Part shown: positions 23,116 to 36,678 of the stretch, one piece after another
Position numbering within the stretch: position 1 is the stretch's first letter
Layout: every line of letters begins with the position of its first letter
Assembly (NCBI RefSeq): GCF_036321535.1
Contig: NC_087437.1
Coordinates: 49,354,001-49,418,000, forward strand
Length of the DNA stretch: 64,000 nucleotides
DNA from: Camelus dromedarius
Lineage: Eukaryota
Direction of reading: 5' to 3'
Position numbers and translations under genes: made by a program
The notes under the pieces: generated by a model
Told to the model about the DNA's origin: nothing
Seen by the model: only the letters and a program-made list of their open reading frames with translations
Databases searched by the model: none

Positions 23116-24297
23116 AGCTGTGTTCACTTTTTAAAGGTATGTTTTTTTCCTCTAAAAAGAATACATTTTGATCCATCTTTTTATCTGTAACCCACACAGC
23201 TGTATCTGTTTTGCTTGGACTATACTTTCCTATTTAAGTAAAAACAAAAGCAACAACTAAAAACTGAAAACAACCTTGTGCCTTTAGATTTTGGATCACA
23301 CCATGTTTTCCATGAATAGAACAGCTGAGTAAGCCAGGCTTTAAGATACTAGAGACGTGAAGAGTGGAGCCTTTCAATGACTTTCTTCAAGCTGTAATTC
23401 AGACACACTAGTTTGGACTTCATTTTTCCAGTATAATGATTTTGGTCATGGATAATCTGTAGCCGACGTCTCCATACTGGAATTGGTCTCATTTCAGGAT
23501 GAAAGTAAGATTTATATGAGAACAGCAAGATCATGGTCAAAATAATCTTTCAAAAGTCAGAAGATAACCTTATCTCAAGAGAAAAATACTGTCCAGTGAC
23601 CACACGTTCTAAAATAAGGGTCTTGCTCCTGATCTCACTTTTCTGTCAAGGAAACTGTAAAAATATGATAAAATAGAAGCTATTACTTGAGTTCAGGGAA
23701 AATTGAAAGTATTTTATTTAAATGTTGCTCTTTCCCCCAGTGTACTATTTGTTGTTGATTTTTTTACATGGTATAATTCGTGATGTTTTGATAGAAATTT
23801 GTACCTAAAAGAAATCTTAATATAATTTGTATTATTGACCTGAAAGTTCAGAGGCAGTATTATCAAATAATAGGCAATGTCTGAGTAAAATTTTATTACT
23901 TATGACAAAGGTATCTCTGTCTTTTCTAGACATGTTAGCCTATTGTGCTAAAAGTACACTCTTCAATCCTTTATCGGGTGTGTTTATTTCTTCATGTCAG
24001 TTTCCTGTTCTTTTAGAAATGTTACATCTATATAACTGTGATTTTTTTCTATTTGAAAATTCTTCCTCCTAGATGATTGCACAAGTTCCCTTCCAGGTTC
24101 ATGAACCTACGACTTTATGGATGTTCATGTATTAGTTTGAATTTTCAGAGGCATTTGTGGGAAAAGCACTGATGATATGCACTACTGCGTCTTGTAGGAG
24201 ACACGTGCTCTCATGTAGTCTATTTTGCTGAACACTTTACGGCCTACGGTGCTCTATTAAAGCTGGTGATTTTCAGATATCAGACAGACTGGCAGGT

Positions 24298-24340
24298 ATG
24301 GATAGATGGGTGAATGAATGAATAGATGGATGGGTGGATG
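24298..24340 (+). repeat. Degenerate (TGGA/TGAA)n
   Basis: tggatagatgggtgaatgaatgaatagatggatgggtggatgg. Confidence 0.7.
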
Positions 24341-25699
24341 GTCAGAGAGGTGAATATATATGTAGTTTGATCTCTTCCTGATGAGGTCAAAGGCTTAAAC
24401 TATTATCCTTCCAAGACCTTTGTATCACAGACATCATCTATCTTATGGAGTGCTTCCACAGGAGCCTTCCAATACTGTTCTTTTATGAATAGCCTGGGTG
24501 GGCGATTGCAGGAGGGTTCCTCTGGAATCATGCCAGAGTTTCAACCAACTTAGATAATCACCCATGAAGATCCTTCCAAGCTGTGATTATTTGCATGATT
24601 GCTGAATCTTACATTTCTTCTCCCACAGAGCTGTGATGGACTGATCAAATAAGATAATTCTTTATTCTTTTTTGACAAGAGTTAAGGAACATTTTCCCAT
24701 ATTGTATTTTTTAAATTATATAAAGGAATAAGGAGGCCTTCTAAAATAAATATTGGTAGTTCATTTCTAAAGGAACTTATCTTGTGTAATCCATGAAAAA
24801 TGAGCAAACGAGTGATTTATAAGAATGGATTTATTTTTCTGTGCAAAAATTTTATAAGCATTCAAGTCTTCTTTTTAAAAGAAAATCTAAAATCAAGAGG
24901 TAGCACTATAAGTAACATCCCACTGATACATATTCTCCTGCTAGATTAGGACAAATCATTTTACCTCACTTTCTCTCTGAAAAAATGGGAATAATCTTAA
25001 CTACGTGACATTAGGTTTTCTAAAACTGGCATTAATGATCATTCTAAAGAATTTCCAGAACCAGTCAGGATATGTAGGCTAATATGTACATTGACATTAT
25101 GTGGGTTGTGACTTATCTTTCTTGGAGATGGAATAACAAATAATCTTGCATCAAGAATATCCTGGATGACATTAGACACTGAAAGACAACAAGAGAATAG
25201 AGACAGGGCCATTTTCACAGTAATCCAAGATCTACTCCTAAAAATAATGTCTAACTTCTGTCCATCCACATGAGCAATATCTCCAGTTAAAAGTCTCCAT
25301 GATGTGCTTTGTCATAAGGGAACTGGAAGATACATGCAAAATACATTCATCCAACAATGATCTCGGCAGAAAGAGAGTATCATATAAGGCTAGAAAATGT
25401 AATAGAATAGTATGGCCTTTAGAGATTGAGAGACCAGAGCCTATCTCAATTCAAGACAATTTATAATACTAATGTCATTCAATAAAGACCTTTCCTAAGA
25501 GGACTATGGAAATAACACGTTAGAAAGACATGCTGATATTCACCCTACCCACCTAGAGATAGGTAGGCACCATGAATACAATAGCAACAACTGGATTCCC
25601 CAACTTAATAAAGTTATAGGATAGAGATCTTTCAAGCCCTCTGGTATAGTTCATAGCAGTGAAATAGGATAGACCTGACATTTGAAGAACAGCTACAGT

Positions 25700-25830
25700 T
25701 AACAGGCACTATGAGGAATATTTTGAAAACATGAATTCAGTAAATGCTTAAAATATTCCTCACAAAGTAGACTGTTTATTCCCATTTTACAGATGAGAAA
25801 CTGAGTCTCAGGCTGACTTTCTTAAGCTGA
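25700..25830 (-). mobile_element. MIR fragment
   Basis: cccattttacagatgagaaactgag core. Confidence 0.8.
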
Positions 25831-26689
25831 CATGTACTAAGATGTATAAAGGATCTGTTCTTTTGGTTATCTTTGGCATATTCTTGGAGTGGCAGATGAA
25901 TACAGAGATATATAAAACATCTTCTTTTTCATCAAATAATCTGCAATTTGGTGAGGTGTGTATAGACATACAAATGTAACAACACTGGATAAAAAGAAAA
26001 AGAATAGGAAACACAAAACTCAGTAAAGTAGTTAACCTTTTCTAAATAAAGAGGAATTAGGAAAGGACACTTCTACTTAAGTAGAGTGGAGGGTACATGA
26101 GTTCTTGTTTTATTATTTTTATATTTCTTATATATTTTATTACATATTATATAATTATATTTATATGTATTATATTATTACATTTGCTACAATATATTTT
26201 TTCTGTTCTGTACGTATAAAATAGCGACTTCATATTTTAAAAAACATGAATACAAATAGCCAACCTCTATGTGATTTACAGGTACTGTACCTACTAGTGG
26301 AAAAGTTCAAAGTATAGTTTACATATCAGTCAAACACAAAGTGATTTGGAAGAAAATAATTTTTATGTCTATATGTAACGTATGCGCTCAGTGTCAGAAT
26401 AAGCCATTTGATAACTGGTGAAACTAATAAACGCTTAGAGACAATTAAGCACTTTATCCTCAAATCACTTCAGGTATTATGTATTTGTGACAGCTCTTAG
26501 TTCCACAAGATAGAAATATGACAAAACAATGGCTAATACAGTGGTGTGATAACTTCCTTCTTCATAATTCAAGATACTCACCAGCCACACTGTAAATCCA
26601 CATGTTCCTTATAGCAAATATCACAGGAACTCAAACACAGTAGACACACAAATGAGGGCTTAATTTAAAATAACTAAATTAAAACGAAT

Positions 26690-27090
26690 ACTTGGTGTGG
26701 TCTAGGTAATTTTCATACATTATTTTTCATCATCACATCCACCCTGAAAGGTCAGTGACTGTTTCCCATTTGCAGTGTACAGAAACTGTGGCTCAGAGAG
26801 ATTGGATATTCTGCCCGAGGTCACAGGGGTAGTATATAACAAGAAGAGCACTTGAACGCAGGTCTGTTCTACCATATAATCATCTAATGGCAGGTAATAC
26901 TAATCCTTACAACCACCTTGTAAGATACGTTCTATTATCATCCTAAACTTACAGATAAGGAAAGTGAGGCACAAAGAGACTGTCATATGTCCATAGTGAC
27001 ACACCTGACTTGGACTTGGGGAGACTTCTGTGGGAGGGAGATTGGACCAGATCTCATGTCTTCAGATCTGGGTTCATAGCAACCACTGTG
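26690..27090 (-). mobile_element. Two adjacent MIR copies
   Basis: Cores agaaactgtggctcagagag (about 26780) and ttacagataaggaaagtgaggcaca (about 26950). Confidence 0.78.
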
Positions 27091-28229
27091 GTAGAAGAGA
27101 AGGGCACCATCTTATATATGAACTTGTCCAAGGCAAACTGGGACAGAAGTCTCACTGAAATACCTTACTCTCTGGATTTAAGTGGCCTAAGACTGGCAAA
27201 AATACCCCTTGCCCTTAGGCCTCTTAAGATCCACTTAAGAGTGGATAGAATCTCCCAGGTAGCCCAGAAGACCAAAATTCACAGCAAAATACACTTAACA
27301 CGAGTTCAATGTCCCATTAAAGTGTGGTGAGACAGGAATCCCCCAAAAGCTCTCTCTATTCCTCCTCCTCCTTCTCACAACCAGGCTTCTGACATCAAAG
27401 TTTACTGTTAAAAGCATTTGTAATAGAAATATTACTGTATGTATTTTCACTAGAGAGAAGAATGTCAGGGAAATTTGTCATGATAGGTGTTTACCATAAG
27501 TTTGACAAGCATTATTGTTAGATCATTCTGTTCTCCTTCCATAATTTTTCTATGCAATTTATTTATGTGCATATTTAAATGGTGTACCACTTAATTGAAA
27601 TTATAGTGTGTTCAAGCCAGATTTGACACTGACTGGCAGTTGCTGTTCAGGAATATGTGGAAACTATGAACAGGTCATTTTCCAAATAGTACAGATATAA
27701 CCATATTATCCAGCAGAATATTTCAGGAAATCAGATAGCTGATACTGCCAATATAAGTACCCCATTCATTTCAGGCAGGATTACATCTTATTTGCCTTTA
27801 TAGCCCACATCCCCAGATCCACATAGGACCTAATAGTGGTACCACTAACTTCTCATGTAAAGACTCTGCCTGAAAATCCAAGGGTCTTGGAAATAACTTT
27901 TTAAAAAGCTGTTCAGTCCTTGGAGTACTTCTCTTAAAATATACTTGTATCATATACAAAAAAATGGTATTTGATCCCATTTTCTATAGTTTTCATCCAG
28001 ATATTTATTACAGAAAATTACAGCCTTGGCAAAGGAAACAAATCCAGACTATTATAGGTAGAAGATTCTGGACAGGGCAATAGCCCAAATAGTTCAAGAA
28101 ACCAACAAAAACACCAAGTAGCTTCACATTTTATCTTTGAACTTCAAAAGGCTAAAATTTTATAAAAAGCAACAGATACTTTATCTTTTTTTCCCCTCCC
28201 CCTATGTATTTTATACTCCACATAATAAC

Positions 28230-28445
28230 TCTAGATCTTAAGCTCTTAACCACTCTGTGCCTCTGTAAAACAGGATGAGGAGGAGGAGGAGGGGGAGGAG
28301 GAGGAGGAGGAGGAAGAAGATGATACCTTTCTCTTTGGGTTGTTTGGTGTATTACATGAGGTAAAGCAGTTAAAATGCACGCATCAGATACTTGGCATGT
28401 GGCAAGTGCTGTATTTTAGCGAACATGTTAGTACTTATAATTACT
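28230..28445 (+). mobile_element. MIR with internal (GGA)n expansion at about 28276-28320
   Basis: cttaaccactctgtgcctctgtaaaa, then GGA repeats, then gggttgtt...ttggcatgtggcaagtgct. Confidence 0.78.
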
Positions 28446-28869
28446 GTTCCATTACTATTATTCCATGATTGTTATACATATTATTTTAAGGTAGCTTTTA
28501 AAAAATAAATTCACAAAACACTTGGGGTACCTCTGTGAATATGAAAAATAAATTATAAATATACTGAAGTGAGAATCAGTATATGACCAAAAGTAACTTT
28601 GGCGATAATACTCATAAAAATTATAAAATGGAGCTACTTTTGAAATGTACTTTATTTTTCTGCAGACTAGATTATATGACATCCTAATGTAATGTGCTCT
28701 GCAGTGAAAGTTCAACCCTGTATCAAATGTACATATGATGCAAAGTACCTTGCTATAAGAAATATCTGATCACCTTGATCTCTTTGTAAGATTATATTTT
28801 CCCCTGCCACTTTTATTTGGGGTAAATAATCAGTGTATCTGAACTATTTGGGATGCAAAAGGGAAAAGG

Positions 28870-29115
28870 AACTAACATTTGATGAATACCTTCTAAGTGC
28901 CAGAAAGTTTGCAGTGTACTTTACATGTGGTCATTATTTCATTGAATCCCTGTTAACTGTCCCCTGAGATAGACATGATTCCTATTTTACAAATGTGGAC
29001 ACTTGTTTCTCAGAGACTTCTTTATTTGCTATGATTAGTCAGTTAAGAAGTGGTGGATCAGAGTCTAGAACCTAGGTTTATTTGTCTCTCAAGACTATTC
29101 TCTGTATACTATACA
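28870..29115 (-). mobile_element. MIR
   Basis: ctaacatttgatgaatacc...gtgccag...cctattttacaaatgtggacac. Confidence 0.8.
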
Positions 29116-29139
29116 ATATTGTTTATCTTGAGCAACTAC

Positions 29140-29872
29140 TTTTTAACTTGACGTATAATTGACATATAGTATCATATTAGTTTCAGGTGTGCATCATAGT
29201 GATTCTGTATTTATCTACATTTGAAATGACCACCACAGTAAGTCTAGTAACCATCTGTCACTATACAAAGTTATTACAATATTACAGACTATATTCTCTA
29301 TGCTGTACATTCCATCCCCATGACTCATTTATTTTATAACTGGAATTTTGTATCTGTTAATCTCCTTCATGTGTTTTATACCCCTCAAACCCGTCTCCTC
29401 TGGCAACCTCCAGTTTGTATGAGTCTGTTTGTTTTGTTTGTTCCTTTGTTTTGTTTTTAAGATTTCATGTACAAGTGAAATCATACAGTAATTGTTGTTC
29501 TCTGTCTGATTTATTTCACTTAGCATAATGCCCTCAAAATCCATCCATGTTGTCACAAATGGCAAGATTTCATTCTTTTTATGGCTGATAATATTCCTTT
29601 GTGTGTGTGTGTATCACATCTTTGTCCATTCAATTATTGATGGACACAGGCTGTTTCCATATTTTGGCTATTGTAAATAATGCTGCAGTGAACACGGGTG
29701 CATATATCTTTTCAAGTTAGTGCTTTTGTTTTATTCAGCTATTCGAAAGTGGAATTTCTGGGTCATGTTTTTAATTTTTGAAAAAACTCCATACCGTTTT
29801 CCACGGTGGCTGTACCAATTTATATTCCCATCAGCAGTGCACAAAGGTTCTCTTTTCTCCACATCCTTGTTG
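29140..29872 (-). mobile_element. LINE-1 3' end (L1MA9-like)
   Basis: ORF 29329-29565 (MPFVTTWMDFEGIMLSEINQ) is the ORF2 C-terminus. A typical 3' UTR follows. Confidence 0.92.
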
Positions 29873-30619
29873 AGTTAACTGCTTTTGACTGACTATTCTT
29901 TTATAGTACCTGACAGCATGTTGCCCCAAATTATGAGAATCACCTATAGAATATGACATCATGACCTTATGGGAAATGCAAAAAAAATTTATTACTTGCT
30001 GACTCTAGTCAGAGGATGGTTCTGTTTAATTTTGGGGAATCCTGGCAACATTTCTACAGAGAATGAGTTCCTAAGTTGCAGCTGTAGGAAAATCTCCATA
30101 AACATTCCATTTGATAGTCTCATATTTTACATTAGTGCAAGTGTTTTGTACACCCCAGGGATATGAAATGTGCTATAAGAGATGCAGTGAGCTGCCAGTC
30201 AATGCCCTGCAGGGGGATTTATGAAACGGAATCCTCAAATGTTGTTTGTTTCTTTTCAGCCCAAACTGCATGAATTATTTGAACTAAATCAGGGGATGGA
30301 TGAAGGGATGCAGGAAGCTAACACAGAACTCTGCACCCCCACGGACACTGAATAAATACTTGTGGCCTGAATGACAGATTACTTATTACAAAAGTCTAAA
30401 ACTTTTTATTTTGAGATATTAGTTTCATCATCCTTCTTAAGTGAAAGCCAGACTCGACTCCTTGATCTGCTCTTCTCTCTCCTGCCAGGAGAGAAGCTGC
30501 ATGTGAGGTCCAGGTGCTTTATTCTGCCTGGGTTTACCTTCCAAGACAGAAGAGGGGTTAGTCTCAGGAGGTGGAAGGAGCTGGACCGACTGGGAGAGCA
30601 TCATGCTTTCATGGAAAAC

Positions 30620-30825
30620 GTTTGCTCTTTTAAGGGCCTGAGTTTAAGTCACAACTCTTCTGCTTTCTAACTGTGTGACTTGGGTAAGATTACTTTACTT
30701 CCCAAAGACTCCACTTTCTCATCTCTAATATGGAAGCACTAATATCATGATTAAATGCAATGGTGTTTCTAAACACCTGGTACACAGCATCACTTACTAA
30801 ACACTAGCTATATTTGTTTTCATTA
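30620..30825 (+). mobile_element. MIR
   Basis: ctaactgtgtgacttgggtaag...tttctcatctctaatatgga. Confidence 0.8.
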
Positions 30826-31505
30826 TTGATGAGGCAGTAACACAAAACAGTATGATGTCCTGAATACGCACTATTAAGATATCTGAGATTTTACATTATT
30901 AGTTGCCACTTAAACAAAGACCATTTTTAGTTATCGTAGGACAACCCAGTAGTGTTTCTTTTCCACTTAGTGGCTGTACGTATACTTTGACTGAAAACTA
31001 ACATCTTCTCTTACACTTCTTCAGCTGCCTTATTCTCCAGGAATCTATACAGTACACTGCCTCCGATTATCTCACTATTATTTAAATCTTGTTGTCTAAA
31101 TGAGTTGTAAAATCATCATCCACTTCTAGAAATGAAAAATAATATACAATGTAAATATATAGTCAAAAGAACTTATCTTCCCTAGGCACTTTATTCTGTG
31201 TATCTAGGGCTCTAATTAGACTCAAGTAGGATGATTATTATTATTCGTAAAAAAAAAAGCCTGTACTACCTGGAATTAATGTTGAAGCTATCCACTACAA
31301 AAGTCCAGGCAAAATGAAATATTCCTTACAGTTCCTCTTGGGCCATCCAATTTCAGTTATTTTTGATACAGTGGCAGGTGTTTTAATCTGCAAACAGCAA
31401 AACTCACCTTCAACAGTGGAATGTGTTTCTTTAGAGCTGTAGAGAATGTTTCATGCATAGCAGCAGAATGAGCTTTTCTGTTTACTTTTGTTTTAGTGAA
31501 GTGTC

Positions 31506-31530
31506 TGTGTGTGTGTGTGTGTGTGTGTGT
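31506..31530 (+). repeat. (TG)n microsatellite
   Basis: About 12 TG units. Confidence 0.95.
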
Positions 31531-31649
31531 ATGAACAGTCTTTACCAAACCAGTTACACTTCAAGTATAAAAACTGAAAATTTCTGTTGGTCATTCTATA
31601 TTTTGTTTTAGAGAGCTCCAAGCTTCTGTATATTTGGCTTTAACTAGAT

Positions 31650-31874
31650 CACTGTTTTCCAAAGTGGTAAGTGAGGTATTAGTGGTATAGAGGTAAAATT
31701 TTAATAGTTATTTTAATATGCTTTCAGAAATTTAATTAGAATATTAAATTATGATGTAAAGTGCCATTTTTCAATAAAATTACATAATTCAAATTAAGAA
31801 AACTATTATGAGAGTTAATGTGGCACTGTCAAAAATTACAGCAGTAGTATCTGAATGAAGTTCAGAAAATACTG
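31650..31874. mobile_element. Old hAT-Charlie-type MITE (family uncertain)
   Basis: Imperfect TIRs cactgttttccaaagt / agttcagaaaatactg, flanked by aactagat / atctaaat (6/8 TSD match). Confidence 0.6.
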
Positions 31875-32039
31875 ATCTAAATGACTGAAAATGTTTTGCC
31901 ACATGTTAACATTGTTTGATATAGGAGTTATTTTGTTAGATGGCTTCATAATATTTTGAGTGGTAGGTACCTGATGGCTTAAAGAAACCAGGGTGTATCA
32001 TTCTACAAAGAGTCTTGCCTGACTAAATTAGTAGAGGAA

Positions 32040-32530
32040 TGTGGTATGCACCTTTCCCTCTATCACTCCTTACTATAAAATAAATCCCAGACAGAGCAAA
32101 GAACTAAGGGGGAAAAATTAATTTTGTTTTACAGTCTTGGAGTAGGGAAGGTCTTTCAAAGCATGACATAAATTTCAGAAGACTTCACCAAAGACCTATC
32201 AATTTGACCATTAAAATTTTTTTAAATCTCTGCAGTGCAAAATAAATGAGTAAAAAATAAATAAAGTCAAAAGACAAAATAGAAAAGTTATTTGCAGCAC
32301 ATATGACAGACAAAAACTAACTTCCATAACATATTAAAAGTCCCTACAGCATAGAAAAAAGTGACTAAAGGATAATAGAAAAACAAAGGTGATGAATATA
32401 GACCCCAGGCTAGGAAACATAAATGGCTTTTAAATATATAAAGATGTGCTTAAACTTCTCATATACGAGAAACATAAATTAAAACCAGATATTCCTTTTT
32501 TACCTTCTTCGCAAGAATAAAAAAAGTTTG
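32040..32530 (+). mobile_element. Ancient L1 (L1ME-like) ORF2 3' fragment
   Basis: cttggagtagggaaggtctttc...aaagtcaaaagacaaa...tatttgcagcacatatgacagacaaa. Confidence 0.78.
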
Positions 32531-32879
32531 GTAGCTAAATGAATAAATACATTGTGTATCAATATGCCCAAGAGTGTGGAAGAAGATTTACAAAAGGAAT
32601 GGGGGAAGGAAAATAAATTATCTATTGGTCTTTACCAAAATTTAGCTTTCCTAAGTTCAGTATTAAAATCTGAGGCTATATGGTGTTTGTGTTGGTTCCC
32701 TGAACTTGTGCAGGCTGGATATAAAACACAGAAAACTGAATAAAATACTAGAGTATTTTATATAAAGTACACAATACTGATACCTAGACTTTTTAAAAAG
32801 AATTTGGAGGATTGAATAAAAATTTTAAGTCATCTCCAGGGCTCTTGGATTTGGAGGCAGAGACTTCTTGAGAGAAGCT

Positions 32880-33130
32880 GAGGAAGCTAGTGGCCTGTTT
32901 ATGCAAGTCTCCATTAAATACTCAATGCCAGTGCCCCATGCCAATGCGAGCACTGCTGGAGCGAGTGGTCAAGGAGAGGTAGAAAATGAATTTGGAGATA
33001 AAGCCAGAGGTCAGGTCTTCTGGGCCTGCCAGGCGAGGTAAGATATCTTGAACTTCACTCTAAGTGTAATATGCAATCACTGGGGGCTTTTATTTTTAAG
33101 CATGTCACTTCAGACATGACCTGATACGAA
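32880..33130 (-). mobile_element. L2 fragment
   Basis: ggagataaagccagaggtcag...ttgaacttcactctaagtgtaat. Confidence 0.6.
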
Positions 33131-33341
33131 TTTTTAAATCATAGAAGTCTATTACAGCCATTTTCTAACTACCTATGGTATGTCTTATTCTTTATAGCAA
33201 AGGGTATTTTGCTTTTATAACATGTATTGTTTTAACTTTTAGATTACAGAAGTAATTTATGCTTTTATTGCTATAGAAAACTGAGAAAAGAAAAATATTT
33301 TAAAAAAAAAGAAAGAAAGAAATGCATCTGTAAATCTAACC

Positions 33342-33550
33342 CAGAGGTCAGCAAATTATGGCCAGCAGGCTTGTTTTTTGTAAATCAAGTTTTATTGGAA
33401 TACAGTGACCCCTATTTGTTTACTATTATCTATGCTTGCTTTCCACACCACAACAGCAGAGTCTAGTAGTTGTGACAGAAACTCCATGGCCTGCAAAACC
33501 TCAACTGTTTACACTAGCTGGCACTTCACAGAAAAATTTTGCTAACCTTG
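33342..33550. mobile_element. MER58A hAT-Charlie MITE
   Basis: TIRs cagaggtcagcaaat / tttgctaaccttg. Internal gttttattggaatacag and agtagttgtgacaga. Confidence 0.9.
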
Positions 33551-33954
33551 GTTTTCACCCTCTGAAATAATGTTAATTTATTAGTACATTTTCAAAGATA
33601 TGTTTTAGACATATTTTTAAAGAATCAAGATCAGACTATAAATAGTTACATATTTTGCTGAGTTCATTTACCACCATATCATCAGCATTTCACATGTAAT
33701 TAACATTCATTATGAAAGATAGCCAGAGGCCAACATTTTTAATGCTTATATACATTCTACCTTATAAATACACCATCATCTATTTAAACAGTTCCTTACT
33801 TGTTCCTCTGTTTTTTGACATTTAGCTTTTCAAATTTTTTTCATAAATAATGCTCTAGGGAGTATCTTTGTTTATAAGTGTTTGTATTTTTATCCTTCTA
33901 TTAGGTTAGGTTTCTTAAGGTGAAATTATAGAATCAAAGGGTATCAATATTTTT

Positions 33955-34132
33955 TTAGATATAGAACAGGTTTCTTCTGTATAGCACAGGGAACTACATG
34001 CAGTATCTTGTAGTAACCCATAATGAAAAAGAATATGAAAATGAATATATGTATATATATGTATGACTAAAACATTATGCTGTACACTAGAAATTGACAC
34101 ACTGTAAACTGACTATACTTCTACAAATTTTT
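33955..34132 (+). mobile_element. Short 5'-truncated lineage-specific L1 tail with TSD
   Basis: tgtatagcacagggaacta...actgtaaactgactatacttc. 19-bp TSD aaagggtatcaa(t/c)attttt at 33936-33954 and 34133-34151. Confidence 0.92.
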
Positions 34133-34329
34133 AAAGGGTATCAACATTTTTAAGGCTCCTGATAAATATACTGAGGTCTTAAATCATTGTTCCCCAAAAC
34201 TCTAGGCCTCTACAAGGTTGTATAACAGTACTTGGGTAAACTACAACAATGGAGAGTGCTTTGGAGTGTCCTGGGGAATTTGCTAATTTTTTCATATTTT
34301 AAATGTGAGTGAGGATAATTATAGACATA

Positions 34330-34510
34330 ACTAATCTTTACTTTGGATAGAACATTGTTCTAAGTGATTTATATATATTAACTCATTTAAACCCTACAAC
34401 AACCCTTTGGGATACGCTCTTATTACCCCTATTTTAGAAGGGGAGCAAGGACTGAAACCTAGACAGTGTGATCCCAGAGTTCTTGCATTTACCCACCATG
34501 CTAAGCTGCT
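34330..34510 (-). mobile_element. MIR with internal deletion
   Basis: ttaactcatttaaaccctacaacaaccct...cctatttta. Confidence 0.75.
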
Positions 34511-35559
34511 TGAGTATTCCTGTATCTTGTTCATTTTTCTTCTCATATTCACTCCAATCATATTCTACTCCTGTCAAGAATTATGTTCTGTATTAAGCTG
34601 CTAGGAAATGTTTTGACTCTAAAAGTCTGTGACTTCAAAAAAAAGTTGGAAACCCATTTATTTCAGGGACTGCATCCTGTTGGCAGTAGAATTATTATTT
34701 TACATGAGCTACTTCTTCCATTCCCTCAGGCTTTCTCAGTGTTTGTTCCCTTATTTTCTCATCTCTCAGTACTTTGTCTTGTCGACATTTACCTCCGAAG
34801 TTTAAAGTTTCCGTATCATTGTGTTATTGAAAAAAATAGTCTCATGTTATTCCTAATTATTATTACTACCATGAACAAAGAGGCAGGCTGAAGCAGCTTT
34901 CAGGAGCTCAAGAAAAATTTAATCTCCTATAATTTTTTACAAAGATAAATGCAGACACAACCTTGGTTTGATGTTATAATTACTTCTTTTGAGTTTCTAG
35001 CCATTTTAAAAACAAATTTACACCATTTGGTGCTTGTGTGAAACCTCATGGATAATGTTCAGGAGATCCTCCAATTGTTTTTCCTGTGGTTAAGGCCCAC
35101 CTCTTAATTGTTTTAATTAACAAACCTATGAAAATTAATTAAAATTGGCATCATGCTTCCAAAATTACATACCACTGACTACTGCACATACAAATCTTAA
35201 TCAAAACATTGAAAAGCTTGAATCCAAGTTGTTTTAATTGTCTAATGTGCTTGCTTGAGGGGGAAAATAATGAAAACAAGATGAGTAAAAAGATGGTTTT
35301 TTCAGGAAGTCTACAGGACCTTTTAAATGGATGCTTCAAAAAACGATGATGTTGCCAGTGTCTTTTTCATTCTACCAAGAGTTTGTTTTCAGTAGAGGTG
35401 TCCACCCTGATAAGGGGGAAGCAATTCAGCTACAGCGAGTCCCTGGCAGCTTTGTATGGACATGAAACGTGAGTGCAGCCTAAGGGGCATCAGCTCAGGT
35501 TTAAGCACAGGAAGGAAGGGGAAGGAAAGAGAAGCAGACGGTCCTGCTGACAGAGCAGT

Positions 35560-36130
35560 AAACTACCACTTCTTCTAAGTGCCAGGCACTAGGTTAGGAG
35601 CTTTCCTAGATGCTTTTTTTGTTTCCTGATAAAGACCAAGCCAAATTTTGTTTTTATTAATCTCATTTTACAGGTAATGAAGTCAGATTAAAAAGGATTA
35701 AGTGCCTAAAGCCCTACATGCGTGTGGGAGGAACTGTTTTTTTCTCCACTTGCTGTTTCTCCTGTGGTGGTGCATGTGCTCTGTTATCCGAGATCTAATC
35801 CAAATTCCATCTTTGCTATGACCACCTGAAGGAGGGAGGAAGTTTTTTGAGTTGGCTCCTAGATAGGAGAAAGTAAAGAATAACAAAACAATGGCAACAG
35901 CAATAACCAATTGAAATTTAGAGTTTATTTTATGTCGGGCTGTGTTTCAGATATATTATCTCATTTATTTCCCCTAATACCTGAAAGAGGCAGCTACTCT
36001 TATTATCCCTTTTATACATGAGGAAACTAAGTGATCAGGAGTTTAATCTTGGAGTTATAGAGTTAGTAAGTGGCAGAGTGTTACTCAAACCTACGTATAA
36101 TTCTGGAACTTGGACTTTCAATCACTTTTC
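35560..36130 (-). mobile_element. Two MIR fragments (about 35560-35730 and 35880-36130)
   Basis: gtgccaggcact...ctcattttacagg; attatctcattta...catgaggaaactaag...tagtaagtggcagag. Confidence 0.75.
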
Positions 36131-36147
36131 TTGGGAAAAAAATGCAG

Positions 36148-36176
36148 GCGTGCGCACACACACACACACACACACA
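36148..36176 (+). repeat. (CA)n microsatellite with GC lead-in
   Basis: gcgtgcgcacacacacacacacacacaca. Confidence 0.9.
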
Positions 36177-36292
36177 GACTGAGCGTGGTTACATAGGTGT
36201 GACATTAAGCATGTAGAAGTATAGATATTCTTAAAGTAAAAGAGTAGAAAATGGAGTAGGGGACTAGGGGACATTGTTTATCCAATCTGATA

Positions 36293-36414
36293 TTTTTATT
36301 TTATTTTTTTTAATTGAAGTACAGTTGATTTACAATGTTGTATTAGTTTATAGCAAAGTGATTCAGATATATAGATATAGATATATATTCTTTTCCAGAT
36401 TGTTTTTCATTATA
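36293..36414 (-). mobile_element. Very short L1 3' tail
   Basis: ttttttaattgaagtacagttgatttacaatgttg...gcaaagtgattcag. Confidence 0.88.
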
Positions 36415-36678
36415 GAAAGAGGAAGAGGAAGGAAAGGACTGAGACCCAACCATTGGCTTTAGCAATGTGGAGTTCATTTGTGAGACTGACAAAGAGTGAT
36501 TTGGGCAGAATGGTGAAACTGGAAGCTTGTTCAAAGTGATGCCATGTCCAATAGAAAATGAGAAAAAATGAACTGGAGACAATTAAGTACAGAAACTCTT
36601 TCAAGAACTTTTTCTTGAAAAGCAAAGAGCAGCAGAGAAGTAAGTTGGTAGCTATAGGAAAAAGTTGTTAAGAGAGGA
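36415..36678 (-). mobile_element. L2 internal fragment
   Basis: aggactgag...ccattggctttagcaatgtggag...aaactctttcaagaacttt. Confidence 0.75.

Larger units (their letters stand above)
33230..34170 (-). mobile_element. Ancient L1ME-like 3' region hosting two younger insertions
   Basis: attacagaagtaat...; tatttaaacagttcc...gacatttagc...ataaataatgct; aattatagaatcaaagggtat. Confidence 0.65.

Noticed and set aside
23349..23540. 63-aa minus-strand ORF and a + strand exon-like segment at about 23432-23504
   Set aside because: All three + frames contain stops, the donor is weak and the minus-strand peptide is not recognisable.
35812..35840. CTCF-like word (similar ones at about 1828 and 3832)
   Set aside because: About three mismatches to the core consensus, too weak without data.
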